Counted from the stretch's first letter, positions 1 through 12,152 are shown. The stretch is 64,000 nucleotides of DNA from Neophaeotheca triangularis (GCA_054600435.1 BAAIJX010000014.1:124001-188000); one strand, 5' to 3'. Made by a program: numbers and translations. The notes: generated by a model not told the origin, from the letters alone.

Positions 1-613
1 TGGTGACGTGGCCGCTATCCCCTCCAAAGAGATGAATGTATCTCTGCACCCATTCGAGGGCTTTACGCTGATCCTTGAGGCCATTGTTGACGCTTCCATC
101 GTTGAGAACTTCCTGGCTAGCTAGAAATCCATAGGGACCGACACGATAGTTGATAGTGACGACGATCAGCTCCTTGTCGCCAGCTTCAACCAGTCCGGTG
201 CCATTGTAGTTGGGATTGCTGTTCGCATTGAAGCCGCCACCCTGGATGAAGAAGAAGACGGGCAGTTTAGCATCCCAATTCGTCCCCGAGGGCGCGTACA
301 CATTCAAGAACAGACAGTCTTCTTGCATATCGTCCGTAGGGGGCCCGGCGTTGGTCGCCAGACAAATCGGTCCCGGAACGTCCGCTCCGACGACATTTTG
401 GTTGTAACCATGGCTTCCAGGCGGGTCTTGGGGCTCACGAAACCTCAAATCTCCCACGGGAGGCGCTGCGTAACGCACTCCGAGCCACTGCGTGATGCCA
501 TTCTGCAGGGGAGTACCACGGTACGAGGTGTATCCTAGATGTACCAGTGGATCGACGGCGTGGACAGTCTGCCAAGTGAGACAGCCAGCTAGGAGCAGGT
601 GAAGGGAATGCAT
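1..613 (-). CDS. Type-B carboxylesterase/lipase, secreted (5' part; gene runs off the window start)
   Basis: Manual minus-strand translation from ATG at 613: MHSLHLLLAGCLTWQTVHA (signal-like)...WLGVRYAAPPVGDLRF...EDCLFLNVYAP...FFIQGGGF...INYRVGPYGFL...NNGLKDQRKALEWVQRYIHLFGGDSGHVT. These are classic COesterase motifs. Absent from the ORF track because the stop lies outside the window. Confidence 0.92.
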   Translation of the reverse strand, partial: MHSLHLLLAGCLTWQTVHAVDPLVHLGYTSYRGTPLQNGITQWLGVRYAAPPVGDLRFREPQDPPGSHGYNQNVVGADVPGPICLATNAGPPTDDMQEDCLFLNVYAPSGTNWDAKLPVFFFIQGGGFNANSNPNYNGTGLVEAGDKELIVVTINYRVGPYGFLASQEVLNDGSVNNGLKDQRKALEWVQRYIHLFGGDSGHVT

Positions 614-2117
614 TGTGAGGGAGTGTACGATGCGCTATGCAAGGAGGGACGACGGTACAGTGACAACAGTGACAAGGGAGGGGGGGAAGGGTATTACCTT
701 GCTTTGATGTCCTGCGAACTTACTGCCCTTGCTCACCCTGTCCGTCTGAGACGGTCGCACTTGACCTACCGTCTCGTCTCACCATGACCCGTTATCCTCA
801 ACTGCCTCAAGAAGGAAACCTTGGAAGGCAATCGTGCAGCGAACGCGGTTGCCCGGCGGAGATGTGGCTCCCAAGTCATCTGTCCCACGCACGAATCGGA
901 GGACAAGTACGAGCTGACTAGGTAGGAAAAACGATGAGAACGAAGACAGATGCGCTGCCGTCGAGATGCGCGTGGTCATAGGTCATGGGGCGGCGATGGT
1001 CTCCGGAGATCTTCTCCAGATCTATGCGCGGAGGGGACAAGGGGAGGACGGATGCGTGCAAGCGGAGTGACGTTGGAGACAAGCAAGCGGTGTCGCTCGG
1101 CGGGGGCAAAGCCTAAACTGTTTAGGCTTCGGGGCTTTGTAAGATGGAGGTCTGTAGATATCGGGCAGCGAATCTGCTGGAGGTAAATTGACGACGACGT
1201 AAGTGCTTGCCGCTGGGTAGGGATTTGGAACCTGTGAAATAGAAACCTTTCAAAGGGAAGAGGATGGGCAAGCTCGTACGCTTGGCCAGCGCTTTGCCTC
1301 GCGTCAGTACTTGCGCCACTAGGTACCTAGCAGCATACCTAAGTACGTAGGTAAGTACCACTTTCAAAAGGAAGCAATCACAGCAGCCGAAAGAGCGAGA
1401 CCAAGAGCAAGAGCATGTGAAAGGGGCAGTCCCCTCGGCAAGCGTACTCCAAGTGGTGTTCAAGCCCAAAGCTCACGCAATCCTGTACTCTATCGATACA
1501 CTTGCTACAAGCCCTGCCCTTCCCTTCCCACGACCATCTCGTACAATAGTAATAACACGACCCTAAAAAATGCAATCCTACAAGCGTCTGAAACATCCCA
1601 ACCCGAAACCCAGAAATGTTGAGCACCCCTCACGCCCCATTGCAGCACCAGCCGTGATGCCGCCAGAAGCCGAGTCGCTTCCCGATACGCCGCGCTCGAC
1701 AGTCGGGCAGCCGGTAGACTACGTCGGAAACGCCGGAAATAAGAAGGATCGTCTCAGGCAGGATGCGCGCATTGCTTAGGAGTTGTTGCGAAATGCCGCC
1801 CGTGAGGTGAGGGTTGCTGCGACCTCGATGAAGCGAAGCCTAGGCAAGCTGCCGGAGAACGCGCCGAGGAAGCCGATAAGAAGAAAGTTGATGGAGGAGA
1901 TTGAGGACCATGGAGACGGTGTTGTGAGAGTTCGGGTTGGCGAAAGTAGAAGTGCAGGGTGACGAGGTTGGATGCGGTTGCATTTGGAGCGGGTGGTGGT
2001 GCGGATATGGTCCTGGAAAGCTTCTCGCTGTGAAGGCGTGTTGTTGGCTTCCAGACATGCGAAATCGTCCGCAATGCAAATAGCCGCCACGTATACCTAC
2101 AGTTCACCATGCCAAAT

Positions 2118-3044
2118 TCACGCAGCAGCTTGTGTAGCTTCCCTCAAAGGCTGCGCAGCTTCCTCGACGGACGGAGGAAACTGAACATCCGGCCACGGCT
2201 TCTTAATAGCATCCTGCAACTTGACAAGGCCGTTCTTCGGTCCCGGCACACACCCATGCACGACCACAATACCATTCTCCTTGTCCACCTTCAAAACCTT
2301 CAAACTCTGCACGGTATGCTGCTCACCCCCCATCCTCCCAGCCATCTTCTTCCCCGGCAACACACGCGAACCACTGCCCTGGCCACCACCAGACGAACCC
2401 ATAGAACGATGCGTCTTAGACACACCATGCGAAGCCGGCTGACCGGAGAATCCCCACCGCTTCATACCACCAGCAAACCCCATCCCCCTCGTCTGCGCCC
2501 TGACATCCACAAACTGGTCCTCCTTGAAAAGATCGGCAGTAATGACCTGCCCCGCCGGCAACAGCCCACTCTCATCCTTGACCCTAAACTCCGCCAGCTC
2601 CCGTTTCAATCCCACCTCATTGACAGCGTAATGGCCCCTCTCAGCCCTCGTCACATTGCGCGCCTCCTTGGTCCCCGTGCCCACCTGCAACGCCCAGTAG
2701 CCGTGCGTGTCCCGCCGCTTGTGGCTCACCACCTGACACCTGTCGAGCTGCAGCACGGTGCAGGGAATGCGCTTGGCCGTCGCCGGGTCGTAAATGGCCG
2801 TCATGCCCTTTTTGATGGCCAGGGCACCAGTGCGCAGCGGGAGATTGGGCTCTTTGCGCAGAAAAGCGGCTGTGTGGGAGGAACCCAGGACGGGGAGATT
2901 GGGGCCGTGGTTGAAGCGGCTGGGTTTGCGTGCTGGGCCGGCCGGGGTGATTGTGCGCAGGCTGCGGGCGAAGGTGCGCGGCACCGAGGGGCAGAGGAAG
3001 CGAGGCGGCAGCTTGAGGAGCAGAGGTGATGTGCGGGCGGCCAT
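2118..3044 (-). CDS. MRPL9: Mitochondrial large-subunit ribosomal protein L3 (uL3m)
   Basis: GALAIKKGMT, GMGFAGGMKRWGFSGQPASHGVSKTHRSMGS, PGKKMAGRMG, GCVPGPKNG motifs; Arg-rich N-terminal presequence. Confidence 0.95.
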   Translation of the reverse strand: MAARTSPLLLKLPPRFLCPSVPRTFARSLRTITPAGPARKPSRFNHGPNLPVLGSSHTAAFLRKEPNLPLRTGALAIKKGMTAIYDPATAKRIPCTVLQLDRCQVVSHKRRDTHGYWALQVGTGTKEARNVTRAERGHYAVNEVGLKRELAEFRVKDESGLLPAGQVITADLFKEDQFVDVRAQTRGMGFAGGMKRWGFSGQPASHGVSKTHRSMGSSGGGQGSGSRVLPGKKMAGRMGGEQHTVQSLKVLKVDKENGIVVVHGCVPGPKNGLVKLQDAIKKPWPDVQFPPSVEEAAQPLREATQAAA

Positions 3045-5180
3045 GGTGGGTGGGCGTATCGCTGGGCGGGTGTGATGGAAGTTCGAGGGCGTCTATGTGT
3101 AGAGTATCTAGAGTGTAGATGGTCGCTTTTGATGTTCACCGGCTGCAAAGCGATTGCTTGGCAGGATGATTTGGGAAGGTTAGCCGATAGTTATTACCAT
3201 CGGAGATACCACTATGTATGTACATTACTTTCCTTTACTCTATCTTTTACAACAATAAGAAGTACTCACCCTACCTTAGATGCAACGATGAGAAAAGTAG
3301 GCGCCTAATCGCTAGCCGATATGGAACTTCATACGATGATCTGTTAACGTGACCATCACAATCGGACGGCTTACGGCCGCCAGAGTCAGACCCCTCAGCT
3401 GGCGGCTAAGCGGTAAGAGAACGGTCAGATCGCATCCCATGTGCTGCAGCTACAAGGGAACAACCTTGCACTGGCAGAACGTACCGTGGCACGGCGCCTC
3501 CTGAGCCGATATAAAACGAGACAAGAGCCCCATACAAGGGTAGCAAGGCCCAAACATCAAAGAAGCGACCTTGCGTGTCGTTGGCCAAAGACGCGCCAGC
3601 CGCGCGAGAAAGTGCCGACTCGCTGCGAACCCCCACGGTCTTCCAGTAGCGGGCTACCTTGGTGGAACAGGGAATCGCATTTTGCAGGCCGCTTTGGTGT
3701 AACTGTGGCATTTGTACATGTAGTGGCGAGGCCACATGGGCGCTGTGCTGTGTCACTACTGTTGCTTCCCACTGTGGTCGTAGTGACCCGGGGTGGTGGT
3801 TGTAACTCGAAACTGTTGCCTCCCAGTCTGCTGGGATAGGGGAGACGAAAAGGTCAAATTGTGCCTTGATGTCTACCTATCGCTACCCGAGTGGCAGATT
3901 TTCGCGCAATGATTGGTGGTGTCCGCTGGGCCTGGACTGGGACTCGCAGACTATCGGCAGGCACGATATCGACAATCTAGAGCGGAGGGAATGAGCGTAT
4001 CCCTGCTTAGCCAATACGTAGCGATCCCTTGCTTGTTTTTTGAGGCAATCGTCCGTCAATGCAACAAGGCAAGGGTTTCCAGCAGGACCCTTACTTATGT
4101 ATGCGAACTCGCGACACAAAGTGGACCTGTCACTGGCCCATAATGACCGAAAGGGACCTCACGCATCGCTTGAAAGGCGCCCAAAAGTTTGGTCAGGAAT
4201 GCCATCGGTACCGACCCAAGAATGATGGCTCGGCTACTGCAGCAAAGGCATGATCTGGGCTGGAAGTGATGGTAGCTTGTGCAACTCGAGGTGGTCCTGA
4301 TAATTTTTCTTTGCCAAACTTTTTTCACATTGTGGCCTGACATCTAACACCAGCATTGCGAAGTTTTGACCAGGCTAGGGCTGTTGTTGTTGTCTTTTTT
4401 TTCCTTCGAGTGGAGTCTACAGTGACGCTCACTCGACAGACTATTGACGCAACTTTTAACAGTAGTCGACAGCAGACAGGCTAAGACAGAAGCCATCTGC
4501 GAGAAGCCCAAAGCGCAAACACTGTACAACAGTAGTACTCTTGATTCCATCCATTGTCTCGTCGCGTCCATTACACCGGAATTTGACAGGTCGCGCCTCC
4601 AACATGTAGGGTTACGCGACCCAAGCAGCTGCTACAACAGTAGGTAGTCTGTTCAGCCACTGAGTTGCCGTCAAACAAGAAAGACAGTAAACAGTAAATA
4701 AGTTAGTTTCCTAGTTCTCAACAGTCATCATCAGTGTTCGGCTACTGCGTGTTGGCACGGCAGATATTCTCTAGCGCACTGTGGACGGGTTCGGACGGCC
4801 TCGATCTGGTGTCCACAGTTGGAGCGTTAGGTTGGCGTTGGCAAGATTCGGCGATGACGCTATTTCCACACACACATACACACACACAAGACGACGATTA
4901 TGTAGAAAAGGAAAGAGTGCATACATGCATGAAAACACTAGCACTGCTCGGGGGTGCTTGTCACCTCGGATACAATAAGGAAAAGAGAATATCCATCATC
5001 ATTCCATTGCGATGGATGGCGTCGTCGCACCCGGGGTAATGTCGTGAGACAACCTAATGGAACGAACAGGGAGAAGAGGGAAGTGGCTGTAGTTCTATGG
5101 CACGGGTCGTTCCCCGCTTGGAGAGAGGCGAGGCGAGGCGAGGCGACGCTGCGTGCCGAAGGTCAAATGACAAGAATCTT

Positions 5181-5225
5181 AATTATTATTGTTATTGTTA
5201 TTATTATTATAATAATAATAATAAT
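5181..5225. repeat. (ATT)n/(AAT)n microsatellite forming a palindrome
   Basis: ttattattattat-aataataataataat, centred on TTATAA near 5210. Confidence 0.8.
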
Positions 5226-6042
5226 GTTGGTAAAGACGGGAGGGCCATAGGTTAAAGCCGACAAACCCAGTTGTCCATTCTTGCGCAATACGTTGGGGTT
5301 TACGGGACGGGAAGAAGCTAGAGACCCTCTGAAGCACGTCAACAAGGTCGGAACGAGGCATGTTTGGAGCGAAGACGCGAGCTGCCAGGTAGACTCTAGT
5401 AGTATCTTGCAGTTATTGTCATTGGCTCCCTCGCCTCTCTCTCTCTCCCTCTCTCTCTCTCGACTCTGCGCATGCCAACTCAAATGAGCCAAACAAATGC
5501 TACCGGGCAATGGCACGTCCCAGTGTGTGGCACCCGTACCGCCGTCTCTCACCTAAGGTAGCTAGGTAGCATGCTGCATGCGGCAACTTTCAACTCTTTT
5601 TCGCCAGTTCAGATAGTAGTATTAGAGAAGTGAGAAGTATTAGTGCGGCTTGTACGGGCTGTGCCTCCCGGAATCCATCCTACCTACATAAGCGCCTAAC
5701 CGACACTGCAGCGCCCACGGTGCACCACACCCGACCTTGAACAAGACCGACGCCCACCTAAAATCATGGCAACGTCGACCGTGACAGCGACAGATGCCAT
5801 TGGCTTCATCGTTGGCTTTTTACCGGTTCGAATAGGCGGGATACTACTACAACTACATACATAACAGTAGACGCAAAGTAGGTACTAGTTAATAAGGTAG
5901 CAGGCGCCCTTAAGCGCTACTCAAGCCAATGACACCCTTTCCACACCTCGACTGATGTTTAAAGTTATAGCGGGCCACATGTCCGAGCCTCACACGATGC
6001 TCCATTCATCATTGCTGTCTGTGTATTAGTACCTACTTACTT

Positions 6043-6084
6043 CTTACTACTAGGTACTTACTACTAGGTACTTACTACTAGTAG
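6043..6084. repeat. 14-bp tandem repeat (CTTACTACTAGGTA) x3
   Basis: cttactactaggta cttactactaggta cttactactagtag read directly. Confidence 0.8.
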
Positions 6085-6912
6085 TCTCCAGCTAGTAGAC
6101 GCGCCTGCAAGCCGCTGATCTGCCCTCTTCCGCCCACTTGCCTACTACCTTACCTACCTACCCACCCACCTATTGTACCTAGTCCTACAGTAGTCACTGC
6201 CATTCACTACTGTCCGCCGTCTTCGCCTTTCTCCTCACTCACCTTCACACCCGACTTCTTTCACCATTCTGCAGCCCAGCCGTCCTCACAATCACGTACC
6301 TCCAGTACTTACTCACTCACTGCCGTGCTTGCCATCTCTCCACACCACGCCCGCGCTTCGACTTGTTCCTTATATACATACACATACCTACCTTCCAATC
6401 TTCAACACCGGCCAGTGTCACAAGGCAGCCAGCCCATCGCCCGGCCAGCTTCTCGCGCCGCCAATCCCGCAAGCCCCGTTGATCCGCCCGCCCAACAACC
6501 GCGCCGCCAAACTGAATCGCTAGCTATTGCATACTTACCTTACCTCTGCACCTCTGAAAACACCTTTCTTCTGACCAGCAACTTCACTTTTCCGCAACGA
6601 GCTTTACTTTGGACTTTGATTGCTGCTGTCTATTCCTCTCCCTTACACGCGACAATTGCAGTATTGTCGTCCCCCAGCGCCTGTGATAAGCGACCTAAGC
6701 GCGGCTTGTGCAACTAGCCGGACAAGGCAGCTCTGGAGGGCAACAACAGCAAAGACTCGACAGTGGCTGCTACCCAGGTTTTAGGTCCGGCCTCGGAGAG
6801 GTCGGCCTCATCGTCGCTTGCACCGGGCTATACTTCAAGTCTCCAATGCTACGGTGAGCAACGATATCCGCCCAAGGCCAGAGGACCTTATCCCCCCCGC
6901 GCCGACTCTCCA

Positions 6913-9165
6913 ATGCGAGAAGAGCGGCACGATAGCAACAAGTCTCCCGCCCCCGCCACCAATGTGACGCAAGGACAGACTGCTTCAACCGACACCGCTG
7001 CCGGAGGCTTCACTGCCGTCAATGGAGAAGCTTCCAGACATGCGTCTTTCCGCCCAGAGAAGGTGTCGGAAAAGATTGCTTCGACGGTCGAGGATGCTTC
7101 ACGACCGCCGACGTGGACTTCATATGCAGACACCCGTCATGACATGGACGACTATTCCGCTTTTCGTGTTGGACGCTACCGTGAGACTTCAATCGATGGT
7201 GGGAAGCGAAAACGTACCGATCGCGAAGAGGGTGCCGATGATTCTCGCGCCTACACTCAATTGTCCAACGATGATGAAAGACCGACGAAACAGCGTCGCG
7301 CTGTTCCAGTGGACCCGGCAATAGAACACTATCCTTCTGATAGGGTGCTTCCGGATATGCAAAGAGGTTCGGCCGCGGCGCCGTCCACCGCTGGCGGCTT
7401 CTCCCGGTAAGTTAACAAGGTGATGCTTGCAAAATTTACTTGGCTAACAGCGTGCAAAAGTGAAATGACACCGGCTCGTAGAAAGAATGCTTCACAACCG
7501 CCGCCTAGACCGCACCCCGAGACTGAGGCCCGACTGGCAGAATCCCTGCAAAGAGAGCTGGGAACAGTGGCCTCCCCACGTCCAGTCGAACATAACAGTC
7601 CAACACATCAGTCGACGCCTTATGATGCTCGCCAGCCGCAGCATTACAGTCCCGACCAGTTCAATTCAGGTGAAGCTAGCGAGGGGAAGAAGGGTAAGAG
7701 AGACTATCGACCGCGCACGAAAACCGGATGTCATACATGCCGGCGTCGCAAGAAGAAGTGCGATGAAGGCCAGCCGTATTGCAACAATTGCTTCAGGGGC
7801 AATTTCCAGTGCGAGGGCTATGGTCCAAAGCCGCCAGGGGGTAGCAAGTCCAACGCGAACCGCAACAATGTGCCACTGCAAGCTAAGCATCCCTATGAGC
7901 CGTCCCATGGACCTATCGGCCACTACCCGATGCCGGAACACCCACAGCCACATCTTCCGCCTCCACCCCCTGGCACTTCATACTCCCATTGGGGTCGTGT
8001 AGAGCAGGGCCCTCCTCCTCGGTACAGCGAGCCGCACCCTGAAGACTCCCGACATGGAGGTCATCGCGAAAGCTACCCGCCAAGACCTGCATGGCCCGTG
8101 GCACACGAGCACCCAGCGTATGCGCCAGAGCAGTACATTCCGCCAGACTACAACAACACCATTCCCCCACTTCAGTCGATTGTCCGCGACGCGGTCCCTG
8201 ACGGCTGGGCTCACCCAACGGCAGCAATGACGCCCTACCGCGGTCCCCCGGGCCCAGAGCGCATGCTCAGCTCCCACGGTAGCGTCTCCTCAGATCGAAC
8301 CTCACACCATCAACGCGCCGCACAGCTGGCTCTCTCCTTCCCCAGCAGCGGCCAAATGTCAGAAAAGGACAAAATGCTCCTCGGCAAGCCCTACCTGCAC
8401 TACCTCGACACAATTCTCTGCGCCGACCGCGAAGCCTGCAAAAGCGCACTCGAACGCTACAACGACGCCGCGCGCCCCTCATCAGGCGTCAGTACCGAAG
8501 AGCGCGCGCGCCTCTCCCGCGCCATCGTGGACCCCTCGACACGCTTCCAAGCGCGCAACCCAGGCGCAAACCCTCTCAGCCTGAGCACCCACAACGGCCA
8601 CACGCCCTCAAACCGCCACCCACCTGCCCCTACCCCGCCACAAACCGACCCCATCGGCCGCATCGGCCACCGCACCCTCGTCGAAACCCCTTTTAATTGC
8701 GACTACGGCTACAACCTCCAAATCGGCGACGACAGCGTCATCGGCGCCAACTGCCACCTGCAAGACGCGGCGCCCATCATCATCGGCAACCGGTGCGTCA
8801 TCGGCCCCAACGTCAAATTCTACGCCATGACGACCTCCATCGCCTCCTCGGCGCGTCGCGGCAGCCAGGGCGCTTTCACCGCCGGCGCCATCGTCATCGA
8901 AGACGACGTCGTCATTGGCGGCGATGCCATTGTGCTTGCTTACCGCACCGTGGGCAAGGGTGCTTTTGTCGGTGCCGGGTGTGTTGTGAGCAAGGACGTC
9001 AAGCCCAATACCGTTGTCGTCGGGAATCCGATGCAGCTTGTCAGGGGCATTGGGGGCGAGGATATCGAGCGCCATCGCGAGCCGGTGCAGAGTGAGAATG
9101 AGGCCATGCTTGCTTGGATGCAGGGGCGGAGGGGGGTATATGGGAGGGAAGGTGAGGGGAGGTGA
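6913..9165 (+). CDS. Zn(II)2Cys6 transcription factor fused to a C-terminal maltose/galactoside O-acetyltransferase-like (Mac + hexapeptide beta-helix) domain; 2 exons, intron 7407-7460; start uncertain (first ATG 6913, open frame from 6718)
   Basis: RTKTGCHTCRRRKKKCDEGQPYCNNCFRGNFQCEGY (Cys residues 7729-7812); SEKDKMLLGKPY, ETPFNCDYGYNLQIG, IGPNV, VGAGCVVSKDV..VVGNP. Intron GTAAGT...GCTAAC...AAG joins the 6763 and 7420 ORFs in frame. Confidence 0.9.
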
Positions 9166-10150
9166 GGTGGAGCTTGCCTCGAGTCGGGGAATTTGGACAG
9201 TTATATGAGGGTGATTATGTGAGAGCGGGGGTTTGGAGGTCTTGTTGTTTGGGAGCGTCGACTGTTGCCGCATCGGCGCTTGGCTCGTGGCTCTCTCTAC
9301 CCCGCCGTGCCTTGTGCGAGTTGCGAAACTTTGGCCACGGCGCCGGGGCTGTGGCTTTTTAACGACCATCTCTTTTGACGAACGAACGCACGAACGAACA
9401 AACGAACGAACGAACGACGCCCGACTCCTTTTATGCCTTTTTTTTCTTTTGCTTTTTGGTAGTCTTTCACGACACGCATATGGGAAAACCACGACGAATA
9501 GCGCCCCGACAAGGACCATGGAACGAAATACATAGACCATGACACGTGGTTTTGGGGGGGGAAAGGAAAATAAAAATCCCAAAGGGGTTTTGGGGGGAAA
9601 GACGAGACGAAAGACTCGGACTCGTGTGTATGTATGTATGTAATTTTGGAATTTTTTAGATGGGCGATCCCTTGCCGTGCCGCTGGCCCTCTTTTTTGCT
9701 GCCTCCCTTTCGGGCAAGTTTAGGGAAAACGGTATTGACTTGATCGCGAGAGGGGGGTGGGGGGGATGAGCTGAAAGGGATTCTTGGCTTGATTCGCTCA
9801 AGGAGAGAGGAATTTGGATGGGTGAATGGGTTGTATGTTTGTGTGAATGTATGTAGATAGTTTGGGATCTTTCTCTCGGCCAGATGGGATGGATTAATCT
9901 TTTTGTGTACGTACGACTTTAGGTTTCTTATCGTTTTCGTGGACTTTTTGAGACATGAGCCGGTTTTCTTGGGGTAATCATTCATGTTAGCGATTCTTGT
10001 TGTTTTTTTTTTTTTTCTAAATCCCTCGTGCCCGTCCCAACGCCGACGCTGTGCATGCACTTTTCACGTTTCTTTCTTATTTTCCTTTTCCCATTGCCCC
10101 CGAGCCCCGCTGCTGACCACCCTTGCCTCCTCCTTGTTCAGGCCATCCCA

Positions 10151-11512
10151 TTAGCGCTGCCCGCCCTTACTCAAATCCCCCTGCGTCTCGGCCACGGGCA
10201 CCGTCGCCTTCAACGGCGGCAAACAGCCGCGCAAAGTCTGGCGGCTCGCCTGCGCCGCCACGGCATCCATGACCACCAACGCCGCCATGGCCTCGACAAT
10301 CGGCACGGCGCGCGGAATGACGCACGGATCGTGCCGGCCCTTGGCCTCGAGGACGCCGCTGCTCTCGTCGTACGTGGCCGTCTGCTGCGCTTGGCCGATG
10401 GTCGCCGGGGGTTTGAAACCGACGGTGAAGTAGATGGGGGCGCCGTTGGTGATGCCGCCTTGGATGCCGCCGGAGTTGTTGGTTTTGGTCGTGAGGCGCG
10501 GGCGGCGTTCGCCTGCGGGTCGGGTTTCGGAGGGGTTTTGGTTTTGGTCCGACGAGGCGACTACGAAAGCGTCGTTGTGGATCGATCCGGCCATTTCACA
10601 GCCCCCCTTGCCGCTGCCGATGTCGAAGGATTTGGTCGCTGGGATGCTCAGCATGGCGTGGCCCAGCGCGGCTTCGAGTTTGTCGAAACACGGCTCGCCT
10701 AGCCCGCTTGGGCAGTTGCGGATCACGCACGTGACGGTCCCGCCGATGCTGTCGTGGTTGTCGCGGAATTGGCCGATGAGCTTCTCCATGCGATCCGTGG
10801 CGTCGGTGTCGGGGCAACGGACGGGCAGGAAGGAATCCACCTTGTCGCGGGTGATGGTGTCGATGAGCTCGAGGAACTTGGGGTTGAGCGAGTCCGACTT
10901 ATTAACGGGAGCGGCCTCCTGCTGTTGCAAGTACTGCTTGAAAGCCTCCTCGGCCGAGCCGCCCGCTTCCTGGATCATCGAGTGCAAGTCCGCAGCCTTG
11001 GCCCTCTCCGGCGGGTACAAGTGCTCGCTGCCGACCGACGACGTGAAAGCGACTATCTCCACCCCGTACGCCTCGCGCAAGAACTTCTCAGCAATCGCGC
11101 CCGCCGCGACCCTCCCAATCGTCTCCCGCGCACTACTCCTACCTCCACCACTACTAGCCTTGACACCATACTTCTCCAAATACGTCCAATCCGCATGACT
11201 GGGCCGGGGGAACTTATCCATGGTACTGTTGCCATAGTCCTTGGGGCGCTGGTTCTCGTTGAGCACGAGCATGCCAATGGGCGTCCCCAGCGTGACCCCG
11301 AATTCCGTCCCCGACTGGATGTGCACTTTATCCTTCTCGTCGCGCGGCGTGCTGATGGCGCTCTGTCCCGGGCGCCGCCGTGTCATTTGCGGTTGGATGT
11401 CTTTCTCCTCCAATAGCATGCCCGGGGGCACGCCGTCGACAATGCATCCCACACTCGCGCAGTGCGATTCGCCGTACGTGGTGACGCGGAAATGGCGGCC
11501 AAAGGTCGACAT
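10151..11512 (-). CDS. ARO2: Chorismate synthase
   Basis: MSTFG..FRVTTYGESH, RPSHADWTY, GGRSSARETIGRVAAG, NNSGGIQGGITNG, GRHDPCVIPRAVPIVEAM; single exon. Confidence 0.98.
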   Translation of the reverse strand: MSTFGRHFRVTTYGESHCASVGCIVDGVPPGMLLEEKDIQPQMTRRRPGQSAISTPRDEKDKVHIQSGTEFGVTLGTPIGMLVLNENQRPKDYGNSTMDKFPRPSHADWTYLEKYGVKASSGGGRSSARETIGRVAAGAIAEKFLREAYGVEIVAFTSSVGSEHLYPPERAKAADLHSMIQEAGGSAEEAFKQYLQQQEAAPVNKSDSLNPKFLELIDTITRDKVDSFLPVRCPDTDATDRMEKLIGQFRDNHDSIGGTVTCVIRNCPSGLGEPCFDKLEAALGHAMLSIPATKSFDIGSGKGGCEMAGSIHNDAFVVASSDQNQNPSETRPAGERRPRLTTKTNNSGGIQGGITNGAPIYFTVGFKPPATIGQAQQTATYDESSGVLEAKGRHDPCVIPRAVPIVEAMAALVVMDAVAAQASRQTLRGCLPPLKATVPVAETQGDLSKGGQR

Positions 11513-12152
11513 TTTGCTTCAAATTCTGCTTGCCGTTACTCTGTATTCGTGTCTGTGGACAAGAGTGTGAGATTGGATCGCTGCGGTTGTTCGATATATG
11601 GGGGACATGAATCATTCATTCGCGCCGATTCCCAAACTTTTTTTGGGCATCTCGAAAGCTTGGGGAGCTTCGACCAAGCTCCAGACTTCACTTTTAACAT
11701 GCTCGCTTCTTATTGGTTCGGACAGTGGCACGCTAGCGGGCGTATTCGAAGTCTGTACGACGTCAGATGCACGTTGTCTGTGCTGTGGTAGAAAAGTACA
11801 ATACAAATGTCGATTGTCTAAGAAGGCCTACTCAAGCACATTTCAACGCTGTAAACGATTTGATTGGCAGATATGCCAGAAGTACCAGTGAAAATCCCAA
11901 CTGCGACTCACAAAACCCAGCTCAGAGGTTCGCCGTCAACAGGTCTAGCATAACCTCACACTATAATTGGCAAATGTCCAAGACCTAGTGTTCCCCTACC
12001 TATCGCTAAGCTACAAACATTTACAAATGACAAGACGACAAAAGTACAAAACGCCTACCGGGTATCAGACCTTCCCGCAGCCTCCAACCCTCGTGATTGC
12101 AAACATGTTCGAACCCACCAAAATCTCCCTTCCCACTCCCATAGGCGCTAGA

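Noticed and set aside
2109..3029. 306-aa plus-strand ORF antisense to uL3m
   Set aside because: Shadow ORF from GC-rich codon bias; no recognisable domain
3406..4343. Cluster of 60-130 aa ORFs upstream of uL3m
   Set aside because: No motifs or consistent frame; a gene cannot be supported
8608..9801. 397-aa minus-strand ORF overlapping the Zn-cluster gene 3' end
   Set aside because: Non-ATG start, low-complexity translation through UTR microsatellites, antisense to a real CDS
10028..11416. Several 220-254 aa plus-strand ORFs over ARO2
   Set aside because: Antisense shadows of a conserved gene
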